NCBI GenBank assembly: GCA_964016885.1
Contig: OZ024759.1
Location: forward strand, 4,650,001 to 4,714,000
DNA length: 64,000 nucleotides
Direction of reading: 5' to 3'
Source of the DNA: Eledone cirrhosa
Taxonomy: Eukaryota
This document shows positions 1-11,354 of the stretch, one piece after another; position 1 is the first letter of the stretch; every line of letters starts with the position of its first letter. The notes under the pieces are model-generated. The model made no database searches. It was not told the DNA's origin and worked only from the letters and a program-made list of their open reading frames with translations. The translations under genes and the position numbers were made by a program.

Positions 1-876
1 GTCTCGTCCTGACTATTAGGTCGCTAATTATCAGTCTATGTTGGGACGTGCATTCTTCATGGGGGAGGGATTTAGTGTTTACAACAGACACTCTGTCACG
101 TCTTCTGGTAAGGATATAATCTACCTGGCTTGTGTGTTCCCCCGATCTATAGGTGATCAGGTGATTGTCTCGTTTTTTGAAGTTAGTGTTACAGATAGTT
201 AGGTTATTTGCGTCACAGAATTCCAGGATTCTGGAGCCTTCCACATTTCTAGTACCAAACCCATAGACTCCATGGATTCCGTCGTAGCCGTCACAATGTT
301 GTCCAACGTGACCATTTAGGTCGCCTGCAATAATTATATAGTCACTGTCAGATATTTGGGAGGTAGTTAGCAACAGTGTCTCATAGAATCTGTCTTTTAT
401 AGAGCCAGGCAGTCTGGATTGGGGTGCGTACGCAGATATTACTGTCACCGTAGTTCTATTGAGGACAAGTCTTATTTTAATTATTCTGTCGTTCACTATA
501 TTTACGTCTATTATCTTATCTGCCCACTTTTCTGCTACCATGATTCCTACCCCACCCAGCCTATTGTCATTTCCCACCCAGAAAAGCTTATAGCATCGTT
601 TTTTACCCACAATGAATCTAGCAGACCCACCCTCCACCTGGTCTCTTGGATACAGCAAACATCAACCTCCTTACGTTCAAGCATTTCTACAACCTCGTTG
701 GAGCGACCCTTTAAGGTGCCTACATTCATGGTACCAACTCTGAAGTTTTGGATTGCGTTTGGTGGGTGGGAGCGGTGGGGCACGGGGGGAGATGGGGTTA
801 TGTTAGCCATCCGCGGCCGAAACAAAGAGGAGGAGTGCTCGCATTCTCGTCCACGAGGTGAATGAGGTGAATTTGT

Positions 877-880
<4 letters not shown>
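1..880 (-). mobile_element. RTE-clade LINE, degenerate 5' fragment (APE endonuclease N-terminus)
   Basis: ORF 547..825 reads VGTMNVGTLKGRSNEVVEMLERKEVDVCCIQETRW, nearly identical to the 26207 ORF. It shares the 5' motif AAGACAAATTCACCTC with the copy at 26061 and is frameshifted. Confidence 0.9.
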
Positions 881-916
<36 letters not shown>

Positions 917-1099
917 TCAATACATAAACAGAGAAAGCCTTAAGCGATACTCTGACCAACACCATCTCACTCAACAAACATTAGGATATACCTAAGTATT
1001 TTCCTAATTTAGTGTTTGGGGTGCTAACAAATCAGTATTTCGTGGATAGCTGGTTGTATTATTTTATATGAGACATTATTAAATAAATATCTCTTTCCT

Positions 1100-1223
1100 T
1101 CCAGACGGCCGTTTCTTTATAAGATTTCTACAATTTGGGATAAATAATTTCCAGGTTATGTAGAAACTTGTATATAATCCATAGTTTTATACACAAGCGG
1201 GCTCTTATAAACTCATCAGTGGA
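1100..1223 (-). ncRNA. Type I hammerhead ribozyme-like motif with a 97-nt branched stem II
   Basis: Minus strand reads TCCA-CTGATGA-g-TTTATAAGA...TCTTATAAA-GAAAC-GGCC-GTC-TGGA, with two internal hairpins inside stem II. Confidence 0.7.
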
Positions 1224-1481
1224 TGCCCAAATAATATCGATATAAGAATTATATCGACATTAATAGATTAGTGATGGTCTCCCTCAGCGCTAAGAAGATC
1301 CAGCGCTTAGAAAATCCAGCAGTCCTCTCAAAGATAAAATACACGCTGTCCCCAAGAGGGTAAAGGGAGGTCATCTTAAAATAAAACAATATACACGCTG
1401 GTCATTTAAACCTGTTAGGTATTAACCACGTGTATAAGAACTCAATTGGATATTAAAAGAATAACCATATGTATAGACAAT

Positions 1482-1525
<44 letters not shown>

Positions 1526-1773
1526 TATATATATAAATAAATCTATAGAGCAAATATTTCTAATATTTCAGATCAGTGGTTGGCGTTGGGAAGGGCATCC
1601 AGCCGTAAAAAAACAGTCAGAAACTCTCGTATATGAGCGAGACATGGTCACCCGACCCAACATGCCTCTAAATGGGACAACCCTGTCTAACCCATGCTAG
1701 CATGGAAGATAGACGTTAATTGATGATGATGATGATGATACATATATATATATAGCTACATTACACCACTTAC

Positions 1774-1911
1774 CTGTCTGACAGTTGCTACCTTCATAAC
1801 CAGCAGTACACCCTCCACTGTAACACACACCTGTCTCTGTGTTACATTTGCTGTTGTCTGCACAGTGACAATTTCTACTACAGCTGGGACCAAATTTTCC
1901 TACAGGACACA
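1774..1911 (-). CDS. EGF-like exon of the EGF/F-type lectin gene; acceptor appears mutated
   Basis: Encodes [46 protein letters not shown], 138 nt, with donor GTAAGT at 1773-1768. The expected acceptor position reads GG rather than AG. Confidence 0.8.
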
Positions 1912-1999
1912 CCATAGAAAATATTTAAAATTCACTTCTAATATTCACTCACTTTTTTCAGGTAACATGTTTGATGTTTGTAAAACCTATGAAGACCTG

Positions 2000-2060
<61 letters not shown>

Positions 2061-2212
2061 TATACATATATATATATATTAACATATATATATATATATA
2101 TACACATATATATACATATATATATACACATATATATATACATATATACTGAAGTAAAAGTTAAGTGGAAATATCCAAGAGTAAGAGCACTCAGTCCATA
2201 GGACGAGTTTAG

Positions 2213-2392
2213 TATAAATAATTACAACAGTGACATAAACAGGTACTCAAGTTTGAATGGGTTCTGGGCCCCAATTTCTTCAGCCTGTCATGAGATGTTT
2301 TCCATTTTCCTCATGACAGGCTGAAGAAATTTGGGGCCGAGAACCCAACGAAACTTGAGTACCTGTTTATGTCACTGTTGTAATTATTTATA
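2213..2392. repeat. Inverted repeat (about 80-bp arms) with a hammerhead-like motif on each arm
   Basis: Plus 2316-2366 reads ACAGG-CTGAAGA-..TTGGG/CCCAA..-GAAAC-TTGA-GTA-CCTGT. The mirror arm has GAAAC changed to CAAAC. Confidence 0.8.
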
Positions 2393-2394
2393 TC

Positions 2395-2433
<39 letters not shown>

Positions 2434-2540
2434 AATTAATTAAATTAAATTAAATTAGATTAAGGGAGTCATGTCCAAGACATGCGCCATATCCACCGAA
2501 GAATAAGCTCAAAGATTTCAATGAATAGATCCGAGCAGTT

Positions 2541-2868
2541 TATATCAACTAGAAATAGATTGACATATATATATATTTAAAATAAACACATGAAACAATC
2601 ACAGGGGATAATTTGTAAAGTGTGTAATCACACATAGCTAGGTAGGTAACTAATTAAAGTTTAACTAGAGCTTCAAATATTTCCTTTTTAAAAAATTAAT
2701 CATTTTTTTATTATTTTTTAAAAAGGTAATATTTGAAGCTCTAGTTAAACTTTAATTAGTTACCTACCTAGCTATGTGTGATTACACACTTTACAAATTA
2801 TCCCCTGTCATTGTTTCATGTGTTTATTTTAAATATATATCTATGTCAATCTATTTCTAGTTGATATA
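2541..2868. repeat. Long AT-rich palindrome (about 155-bp arms)
   Basis: TATATCAACTAGAAATAGATTGAC... is mirrored by ...GTCAATCTATTTCTAGTTGATATA, and a (TA)n tract follows. Confidence 0.9.
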
Positions 2869-3205
2869 TATATATATATATATATCCAGGGAGTGTAACA
2901 TGAAGTTACTGTAGGTTCACCCAGGTGAGCACTCAATCTTTAGATTCTCGTCCGTCATTACAACAGCAGAGGTCCGACGACCTTTTGATTCCTCAGTCTG
3001 GCTAGATCAATACTGATCAAACTTTGAGCTGAGCAATAGCAAAACGTGCATCACCAATCAATAAACGTAATGAAGGCTTAACAAATCGTCATTGTATTAT
3101 TATTATTATACACACACACACACATAAATATGTATATATAAATATATATATATTTATATATATATCACAGAAAAAAAGATAGGAAAATCTGCTTCATAGA
3201 ATCAA

Positions 3206-3301
3206 GACGTATCTGAGGACCTTGCGATTTTCAAAGTCAGGTTTGATCATCACATCGATCGTGCCTCGAGCTGGTCGCCAGAGAAACAATTGTAATATGT
3301 C
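3206..3301 (+). ncRNA. Type I hammerhead ribozyme-like motif with a 63-nt stem II domain
   Basis: GACGTAT-CTGAGGA-ccttgcga...tcgccaga-GAAAC-AATT-GTA-ATATGTC, with a 7-bp stem I. Confidence 0.75.
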
Positions 3302-3503
3302 CAATAAATTCCATTCGTCGCAACACTGATTCCCTTTTTTTCTGTGATATCATATTCTGCTCTATGAGAGCATTGAGTGCTCAAATGGCCTACCTCATAC
3401 GGACACTTTAAGCATCCAACACCAATTATATATATATATATATATACACACACACATATATATATACACACCCACACACATATATATATATACACATATG
3501 TAT

Positions 3504-3540
<37 letters not shown>

Positions 3541-3543
<3 letters not shown>

Positions 3544-4797
3544 CATCATCATCAGGTCGAGCTTGCTCGGCCTTCTACGACACGTTTCCTCCATCCATCT
3601 CTGTCTCTCATAGCGTTTGCCAGTTCTTCCACAGTGCATCCAGTATCGTCCTCAAGTTGCTTGACGTATGTCTTCTTGGGACGACCAGCGTTTCTTGCTC
3701 CAAGAGATGGACTCCATAACAACACATCACCTGCTATTTCTTCCTTGCTGCGCCAACAGTGGCCAGCAAATCTGAGTATCTGTCCACATATTGACCTCCT
3801 GATAGGTGGTATATTGCCATAGAGATCCTTATTTGTTGGGTGTTCCCTCCAAGACACATTTAAAGCAGCGTGGGGCATACGTGTGTATGCCCCGTCTAGC
3901 TTTTTCTCCAGTTTTGACGTTAGCGTCCAAGTGATAGAGCCATAAACAAGCACAGATTCCACAGCAGCTCTGAAGAAATTCCTTTTCAGTTTGACCAGCA
4001 GGTTTGATTTCTATATCTTCTCCATTGCATTCAATGCTCCCCGGGCTTTTCCCAGTCTGATGTTAACATCATGTTCTGTGGAGATGATATAGCTACCCAG
4101 GTATTTGAAGTCGTCAACTTGCTTGATTATATCACCGTTTAGACTTCGCATACCAACTGAGGAGTCTTGGTTCAGGCAAATATATTCTGTTTTGCCTGTC
4201 TTGACATAGAGTTGGATTTCCTTTGCAACTGATTCGATGCTGTGAAGTAGTGATGTTGCATCCTTAAGGTAGTCAGCGAGGACCGCTAAATCATCCACAT
4301 AGTCAGCATCGGTGATTTTCTGAGCTGCATGGCGTCTACACTTTCGTTTTGTGAGAGTGAAACCAAGCTCTAAGTTTTCGTCCAGGGCTTTTCTCAATAC
4401 ATAGTCGAGGCAGATGATAAAAATGTATGGTGCAAGTGTATCCCCTTGGAGTACTCCTGCAATGATGTCAAAGAAGTTGGTATCTCCATCAGGTGAGCGC
4501 ACCATTGCGCAGGTGTTTTTATATAACATCATGATGGCATTTACTGTTTCCCTTGGCAAGCCGTAGGCTAGAAGTATCTCTCTCATCCTCCCACGATGGA
4601 TGGAATCGAATGCTTTTGAAAAGTCAATAAACAGGAGAGTTGCTGGGAGGTTTGGGCTTTTACACCTTCCAAGATACGCCGAATAGTAAGTATTTGCCCT
4701 GATGTTGATCTGTTGGTGCGGAAGCCCTTTTGGTTTTTTCTCAGCAAGGGGTCAATGACAGGTCTTATTCTGTCAAACAGCATGAGATTGTATATCT
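3541..4797 (-). mobile_element. RTE-like LINE, 5'-truncated and degenerate (RT and C-terminus), second family
   Basis: ORFs contain LLRKNQKGFR, GVLQGDTLAP, ITDADYVDD, FKYLGS and GRPKKTY. The 3' tail is (GAT)n. Confidence 0.9.
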
Positions 4798-4893
4798 TTG
4801 CGTGTGTGTATATATATACACACACGCACACATATATATGTATATACACACACACATATATATATACTGTAATATACATCATAATATACATAC

Positions 4894-5027
4894 CGTGGTG
4901 ACAGTCAGGTCCCTGGTAACTGGGTTGACAACCTCCACTGGAACACACACCTGTGATGAAGTTGTGGTGACATCAGCACAGTGGCAGGTTTCTTTACAGT
5001 TGAGGCCGTAGTTACCTTGACGACACT
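4894..5027 (-). pseudogene. Frameshifted EGF-like exon
   Basis: ECRQGNYGLNCKETCHCADVT, then a frameshift, then NFITGVCSSGGCQPSYQGPDCHH. Length is 134 nt versus 138 nt for sister exons. Donor GTATGT, weak GAG acceptor. Confidence 0.8.
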
Positions 5028-5049
5028 CTCAAATATTGGACATTATGTA

Positions 5050-5392
5050 CCAACATCACCATCACCACCATCAACATCACCATCACCACCACCATTGTCC
5101 TCCTCACCATCACCACCAACATCACCACCATCACCATCACCACCACCACCAACATCACCACCACCATCAACATCACCATCATCACCATCAACATCACCAC
5201 CATCACCACCATCATCATCACCACCATCATTATCACCATCACCATCATGACCACCACCATCAACATTATCACCATCATCACCATCACTACCACCATCATC
5301 AGCATCATTCTTATCACCATCACCACCATCACCATTGTCCTCCTCATCACCACTACCACCACCACCACCACCATCATCATCACCACCACCAT
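5050..5392. repeat. (CAC/CAT)n low-complexity tract
   Basis: Imperfect trinucleotide repeat read directly from the sequence. Confidence 0.95.
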
Positions 5393-7780
5393 CTGGGAGA
5401 TCAAAAATACTGTTGTGGTCCCATTCCATTACTTCACCAATCTTGTAGACCCTAAATATTGTAATGGTCACTGTCCCTTCTCTTCCACCAACCTGAGAGA
5501 CCCTAAATACTGTTGTGGTCCATGTCCCTTCTCTTCCACCAATATGGGAGTCACTAAATACTGTCATGGTTCCTGTTCCTCCCTCCAGTAATCTTGGAGA
5601 CCCTAAATACTGTTGTAGTACCTTCCCATTCCTTCCACTAATTTTGGAGACCCTAAATATTGCAATGGTTACTGTCCCTTCCTTCCTTTCATTCAATCTA
5701 GTGGATCCTAAATACTGTTCTGGTCCCTGTTCCTTCTCTTCCACCAATCAGTGAGTCCCTAAATACTGTCATGGTTCCTGTCCCTTACTTCTCTTCCACC
5801 AATCAGTGAGTCCCTTAATACTGCCGTAGACCCTGTCTCTTCTCTTCCACCAATCAGTGAGTCCCTTAATACTGTTGTGGTCCCTGTCTCTTCTCTTCCA
5901 CCAATCAGTGAGTCCCTTAATACTGTTGTGGTCCCTGTCTCTTCTCTTCCACCAATCAGTGAGTCCCTTAATACTGTTGTGGTCCCTGTCTCTTCTCTTC
6001 CACCAATCAGTGAGTCCCTTAATACTGTTGTGGTCCCTGTCTCTTCTCTTCCACCAATCAGTGAGTCCCTAAATACTATCATGGTCCCTGTCTCTTCTCT
6101 TCCACCAATCAGTGAGTCCCTAAATACTGTCATGGTCCCTGTCTCTTCTCTTCCACCAATCAGTGAGTCCCTAAATACTATCATGGTCTCTGTCTCTTCT
6201 CTTCCACCAATCAGTGAGTCCCTTAATACTGTCGTGGTCCCTGTCTCTTCTCTTCTACCAATCAGTGAGTCTCTTAATATTGTCGTGGTCCCTGTCTCTT
6301 CTCTTCCACCAATCAGTGAGTCCCTAAATACTGTCGTGGTCCCTGTCTCTTCTCTTCCACCAATCAGTGAGTCCCTTAATACTGTCGTGGTCCCTGTTTC
6401 TTCTCTTCCACCAATCAGTGAGTCCCTAAATACTGTCGTGGTCCCTGTCTCTTCTCTTCCACCAATCAGTGAGTCCCTTAATACTGTTGTGGTCCCTGTC
6501 TCTTCTCTTCCACCAATCAGTGAGTCACTAAATACTGTCGTGGTCCCTGTCTCTTCTCTTCCACCAATCAGTGAGGCCCTTAATACTGTCGTGGTCCCTG
6601 TCTCTTCTCTTCCACCAATCAGTGAGTCCCTAAATACTGTCGTGGTCCCTGTCTCTTCTCTTCCACCAATCAGTGAGTCCCTTAATACTGTCGTGATCCC
6701 TGTCTCTTCTCTTCCACCAATCAGTGAGTCCCTTAATACTGTCGTGGTCCCTGTCTCTTCTCTTCCACCAATCAGTGAGTCCCTTAATACTGTCGTGGTC
6801 CCTGTCTCTTCTCTTCCACCAATCAGTGAGTCACTAAATACTGTCGTGGTCCCTGACTCTTCTCTTCCACCAATCAGTGAGTCCCTAAATACTATCATGG
6901 TCCTTGTCTCTTCTCTTCCACCAATCAGTGAGTCCCTTAATACTGTTGTGGTCCCTGTCTCTTCTCTTCCACCAATCAGTGAGTCCCTTAATACTGTCGT
7001 GGTCCCTGTCTCTTCTCTTCCACCAATCAGTGAGTCCCTAAATACTATCATAGTCCCTGTCACTTCTCTTCCACCAATCAGTGAGTCCCTAAATACTATC
7101 ATGGTCCCTGTCTCTTCTCTTCCACCAATCAGTGAGACCCTAAATACTGTCGTGGTCCCTGTCTCTTCTCTTCCACCAATCAGTGAGTCCCTTAATACTG
7201 TCGTTGTCCCTGTCTCTTCTCTTCCACCAATCAGTGAGTCCCTTAATACTGTCGTGGTCCCTGTCTCTTCTCTTCCACCAATCAGTCAGTCCCTTAATAC
7301 TGTCGTGGTCCCTGTCTCTTCTCTTCCACCAATCAGTGAGTCCCATAATACTGTCGTGGTCCCTGTCTCTTCTCTTCCACCAATCAGTGAGTCCCTTAAT
7401 ACTGTCGTGGTCCCTGTCTCTTCTCTTCCACCAATCAGTGAGTCCCTAAATACTATCATGGTCCCTGTCTCTTCTCTTCCAACAATCAGTGAGTCCCTAA
7501 ATACTGTTGAGTTCCCTGTCTCTTCTCTTCCACCATTCAGTGAGTCCCTAAATACTGTCGTGGTCCCTGTCTCTTCTCTTCCACCAATCAGTGAGTCCCT
7601 AAATACTGTCGTGGTCCCTGTCTCTTCTCTTCCACCAATCAGTGAGTCCCTAAATACTGTCGTGGTCCCTGTCTCTTCTCTTCCACCAATCAGTGAGTCC
7701 CTAAATACTATCATGGTCCCTGTCTCTTCTCTTCCACCAATCAGTGAGTCCCTAAATACTATCATGGTCCCTGTCCCTTC
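5393..7780. repeat. 51-bp minisatellite (about 40 homogeneous copies plus a degenerate left edge)
   Basis: Unit CCAATCAGTGAGTCCCTAAATACTGTCGTGGTCCCTGTCTCTTCTCTTCCA; intronic. Confidence 0.97.
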
Positions 7781-7812
7781 CCTCTCTAAAGGGTAAACAG
7801 ATAAAAACTTAC

Positions 7813-7950
7813 TTGACTGGCAGCTGTGTCCCCTGTAAGCAGGTGAGCACCTTCCATTGATGCAGATACCATTGTCAGAGTAACATTTGCCATTATTCAG
7901 ACAGTGGCACTTCTTAACACAGTTGACACCAAACATGCCATGGGCACATC
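7813..7950 (-). CDS. EGF-like exon
   Basis: ttttctcag|GCAHGMFGVNCVKKCHCLNNGKCYSDNGICINGRCSPAYRGHSCQS|gtaagt; 138 nt, phase 1-1. Confidence 0.9.
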
Positions 7951-7977
7951 CTGAGAAAACAACTTCAATATGTAATT

Positions 7978-8350
7978 ACTGTATTTCCTGACGCCGAAGA
8001 CACTTCGTCCTCGAGGACACACCCTAATTCTGACAACCAAAAATTTGAAAAAAAATAATTGTTTCTACTTTTGGCACAAGGCCAGCAATTATCCCAGTGT
8101 ATTACTGGTACTTTATTTTATCCACCCCGTAAGGATGAAAGGCCAAGTTAACCTCGGCGGGATTTGAACTCAGAATGGCAAGTGCTGTAACTCTATGCGT
8201 CAAAGCATGGCGTCCGACCCTCTACCGATACTGCCAATTCACCGCCCTTTGAAGAAAAATAATAAACAACTTTCGGCCTCCAGGATGCATGGTAGATTTT
8301 TGAGACTTATTTTAGTAAAAGTAGCGTCTTTGACGCCGGGAAATACGGTG
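7978..8350. mobile_element. Small DNA-transposon-like MITE interrupted by a SINE (about 8055-8270, minus)
   Basis: Inverted ends GTATTTCCTGACGCCGAAGAC and GTCTTTGACGCCGGGAAATAC. A related copy lies at about 40670-40805. Confidence 0.55.
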
Positions 8351-8519
8351 AGTTTAATTAATTTAAATTTCAGAGTTGTTATCTTTCATCCTTTGAGTGT
8401 ATCCCATTTACAATAGTAACTCTATAACCCTGCATGTTGTAGAAAGAGCCTAAAATAGTTTGGCATCAAGAAGGGCATCCAGCAGCAAAATAATGCCTCA
8501 ATACTATATATCATCATCA

Positions 8520-8910
8520 TCATTGGATGCGCAATGTCAATGTGCATGAATGAGCAAGCATAGACGAGTTGAGAAAGAAATTGTGTATAATAGGGATAAG
8601 CTGTAGTGTGTGGGAGAGAAGACTGCGTTGGTATAGACATATGATGTGCATGGAGGATGACTGCTGGGTAAAGAAGTGCCAAGAAATCCCAGTAGAAAGA
8701 AGATGCAGTAGAGGAAGACCACGAAAATCATGGACGAAGGTGGTGAGATCTGACCTCAGATTGCTGAAGCTCATGGAGGAGATGACGAAAGACTGTGATG
8801 AATGGAGAGATGCTGTGCTGTATAGGACCCATCCCACCCTTGCAAGCAGGGAAAAGCGGACGTAAAATGATGATGATGATCATCATCATGGTTATCATCA
8901 TCATCATCAT
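8520..8910 (+). mobile_element. RTE LINE 3' fragment
   Basis: RRLRWYRHMMCMEDDCWVKKC...GRPRKSW...LASREKRT* matches the C-terminus of ORF 61271. The tail is (GAT)n. Confidence 0.9.
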
Positions 8911-9094
8911 CATTGTTTAACATCCATCTTCCACACTAGTCTGGATTAGATGGTTTTGTTCCACTTGAGGTGAGATTGGTCTGGAGACCGTGTCTTGCTT
9001 GTACAGAACTGTCTTTGGTAGGTTTTTTACCCCTGGAGGCCCTTCCTAACACCAACCACATTTACAGTGTACATCTTCTGTTTATTACATAATT

Positions 9095-9160
9095 CTGTTA
9101 TACGTATTTTGAAGATGTCAGAGTGGTTGCATAACTTTCTGACATGTTCTCTTCAGACAA
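9095..9160 (-). ncRNA. Decayed hammerhead-like motif (GAAA changed to AAAA)
   Basis: TTGT-CTGAAGA-GAAcATGTCAGA...TCTGACATcTTC-AAAA-TACGTA-TA-ACAG. Confidence 0.6.
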
Positions 9161-9939
9161 GTTGAAATTTGTGTTCTTTTATTTTGTTTTTGATATGCTA
9201 CCAAGGAGTGGGGGTTAGAGTTGTGTTTGCATTCCTGTCCAGTTGTTATATGGTTTGGATGGCTATTCTAGTAGGCAGATATAAAGCAGGAGGTGCTATT
9301 GTTGCTGACATACTAGGGATGCTAAGTAGGTTAAGGTATCAAATTACCAGAGGGGTAAGTCATCACCCCACCCCCCGTTCATATATGTTAAAGAATTTGT
9401 TCGAATAATCTACTTATTTTTTTATTTATTTGAACTTTGTTTATTTGTTTGAACTACATAGCTATATATCCAGGCTGTGTATTATTAGAGAAGGTGATTC
9501 TTGTGTAACTATGTAAGGATGCATTAAATGTATAGATTTAGTCATTATGTTCAGCTCTAGGTGGAAGTTAGCATGGAACGTGTTAACTATCTAATCTAAG
9601 GAAAGTTTTAGATATTTTATGCATACAAGTATTAACTCTTTAGCATTTACATTACTCTGTAATGTATTTTCTCTGTAAAGTCTTTACCTCACATAATAAT
9701 CTCACATAATATCAAATCCACAAGATTTTGATATTATTTATTTTGAGAACAATACCTTAACAAAAGTATGAGCAGCCAGTTACGGCTGGTTTGAACAGAA
9801 AAAGCACCACCTACACTCCACTCCTACTATAACCATGACAGCCACCTCCACTCCACCACCACCTACACTCCACTCCCACTATAACCACGACAGCCACCAA
9901 CACTCCCCTCCCACTATAACCATGACAACCACCACTCAC

Positions 9940-10074
9940 CTTTACAAGTGTTATTCACATCAATATATCCATCTTTACATCCAGTCACACATTTGCCAGT
10001 CAATTGATCACATGTCTTTCTGCAGTTGTTGCACTCTTCTTTACAATTTCTTCCATAGAATCCAGGGAGACATT
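9940..10074 (-). CDS. EGF-like exon
   Basis: tctttctag|ECLPGFYGRNCKEECNNCRKTCDQLTGKCVTGCKDGYIDVNNTCK|gtgagt; 135 nt, phase 1-1. Confidence 0.9.
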
Positions 10075-10112
10075 CTAGAAAGACAAACAATCTTAGTCAT
10101 TATTTCAATCTA

Positions 10113-10495
10113 GGGCAGTGGATTGGCAGAATCGGTGGAGCATCGAACACCATGCTTTGCGGCATAAAGTTATGGCCCTTTATGATCTGAGTTCAAATCG
10201 CGCCGAGGTTAACTTTGCTTTTCATCCTTACGGGGTCTTGTGCCTATATAAGGAACCATTATTTTAATCAAGGGCGGTGGATTGGCAGTATCGTTAGAGT
10301 GTCGAACACCATGCTTTGCGGTATTGAGTTACGACCCTTTCCATTCTGAGTTCAAAACCCGCCAAAGTTAGCTTGGCCTTTCATCCTTACGGGGTCGATA
10401 AAATAAAGTACCAGTCACACACTGGGGTCATTTAAATCGACTTTCCCCCTTCCCTTCAAATTGCTGGCCTTGTGCCAACAGTAGAAACAATTATT
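10113..10495 (+). mobile_element. Two tandem tRNA-derived SINEs (MetaSINE-like core)
   Basis: A/B-box-like head (GAGTTCAAATC) followed by CTTTCATCCTTACGGGGTCGATAAAATAAAGTACCAGT. The family recurs at about 8060, 13150, 21245, 23325-24210, 53220 and 53895. Confidence 0.8.
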
Positions 10496-10525
10496 TCAAT
10501 CTGCACTTTGACAATGCTGTTTATT

Positions 10526-10896
10526 TTAACCCTTTAGCATTTACATTACCCTGTATTTACTATTGTATTTTCATGGTAAAGGCTTTACCTCACATAATTA
10601 TCTCACATAACATTTACATTACTCTGTATTTACTATTGTATTTTCATGGTAAAGGCTTTACCTTACATAATTATCTCACATAATATTTACATTACCCTGT
10701 ATTTACTATTGTATTTTCATGGTAAAGGCTTTACCTCACATAATTATCTCACATAATATTGAATCTACGAGATTTTAATATTATTTATTTTGAGAAGAAA
10801 ACCTTAACATCAGTATGAGTGGCCAGTTGCAGCTGATTTGAACAGAGGTTAGAGAATTCTGGCCGGATATGGCCAGTTTAAATGCTAAAGGGTTAA
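10526..10896. mobile_element. TTAA-flanked (piggyBac-type) MITE with internal tandem triplication
   Basis: TTAA-CCCTTTAGCATTTA...TAAATGCTAAAGGG-TTAA, with the internal unit of about 73 bp repeated. Confidence 0.85.
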
Positions 10897-11354
10897 ACTG
10901 TTTACATTCCATTATAATTTCATGTAAGAACCTTTGTTAAGTTATATTCCAAACCACCTGAAACTGCTCCAGGTTCTATGCTACAAAATTGTTTATTCCA
11001 AAGCCTTTATATTATCTAAAAATCTTCCATCTAATTTCATGTAAGAACCTTTGTTAAGTTACATTCCAAACCACCTGAAACTGCCCTTATTCCACTTTAA
11101 GTTTACGGTTCATTTCTTTTTCATTTAGAATTGTCTCCTGCAAGAACATAGATGAAAATGGATGAAAATGCACAAAAATTCAAACTGGTTATAATCAACA
11201 AGTAAAATCTTTTTCATTTTTTTTTTTTTGGCATGGCATTGGAAAAGCATCACACTGTCTAAAAAAGTCTGTCTTAAACCATAAGGCTTGTTAGGCCAAT
11301 GCTTATCTCGGTTTCATGGCATGAAGCAACTTGAAGTACAAGACACCTTGCTGT

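Noticed and set aside
2885-3090. Possible decayed hammerhead in this insert
   Set aside because: No CUGANGA/GAAA pair with matching stems could be assembled.
4981-5747. His-rich, Pro/Ser-rich and Gly/Asp-rich ORFs
   Set aside because: They are translations of a (CAC/CAT)n low-complexity tract.
5759-7796. Long ORFs (639 aa plus, 447 aa minus) as protein genes, or the array as a CRISPR
   Set aside because: They result from a stop-free 51-bp tandem repeat in an intron. There are no unique spacers and the context is eukaryotic.
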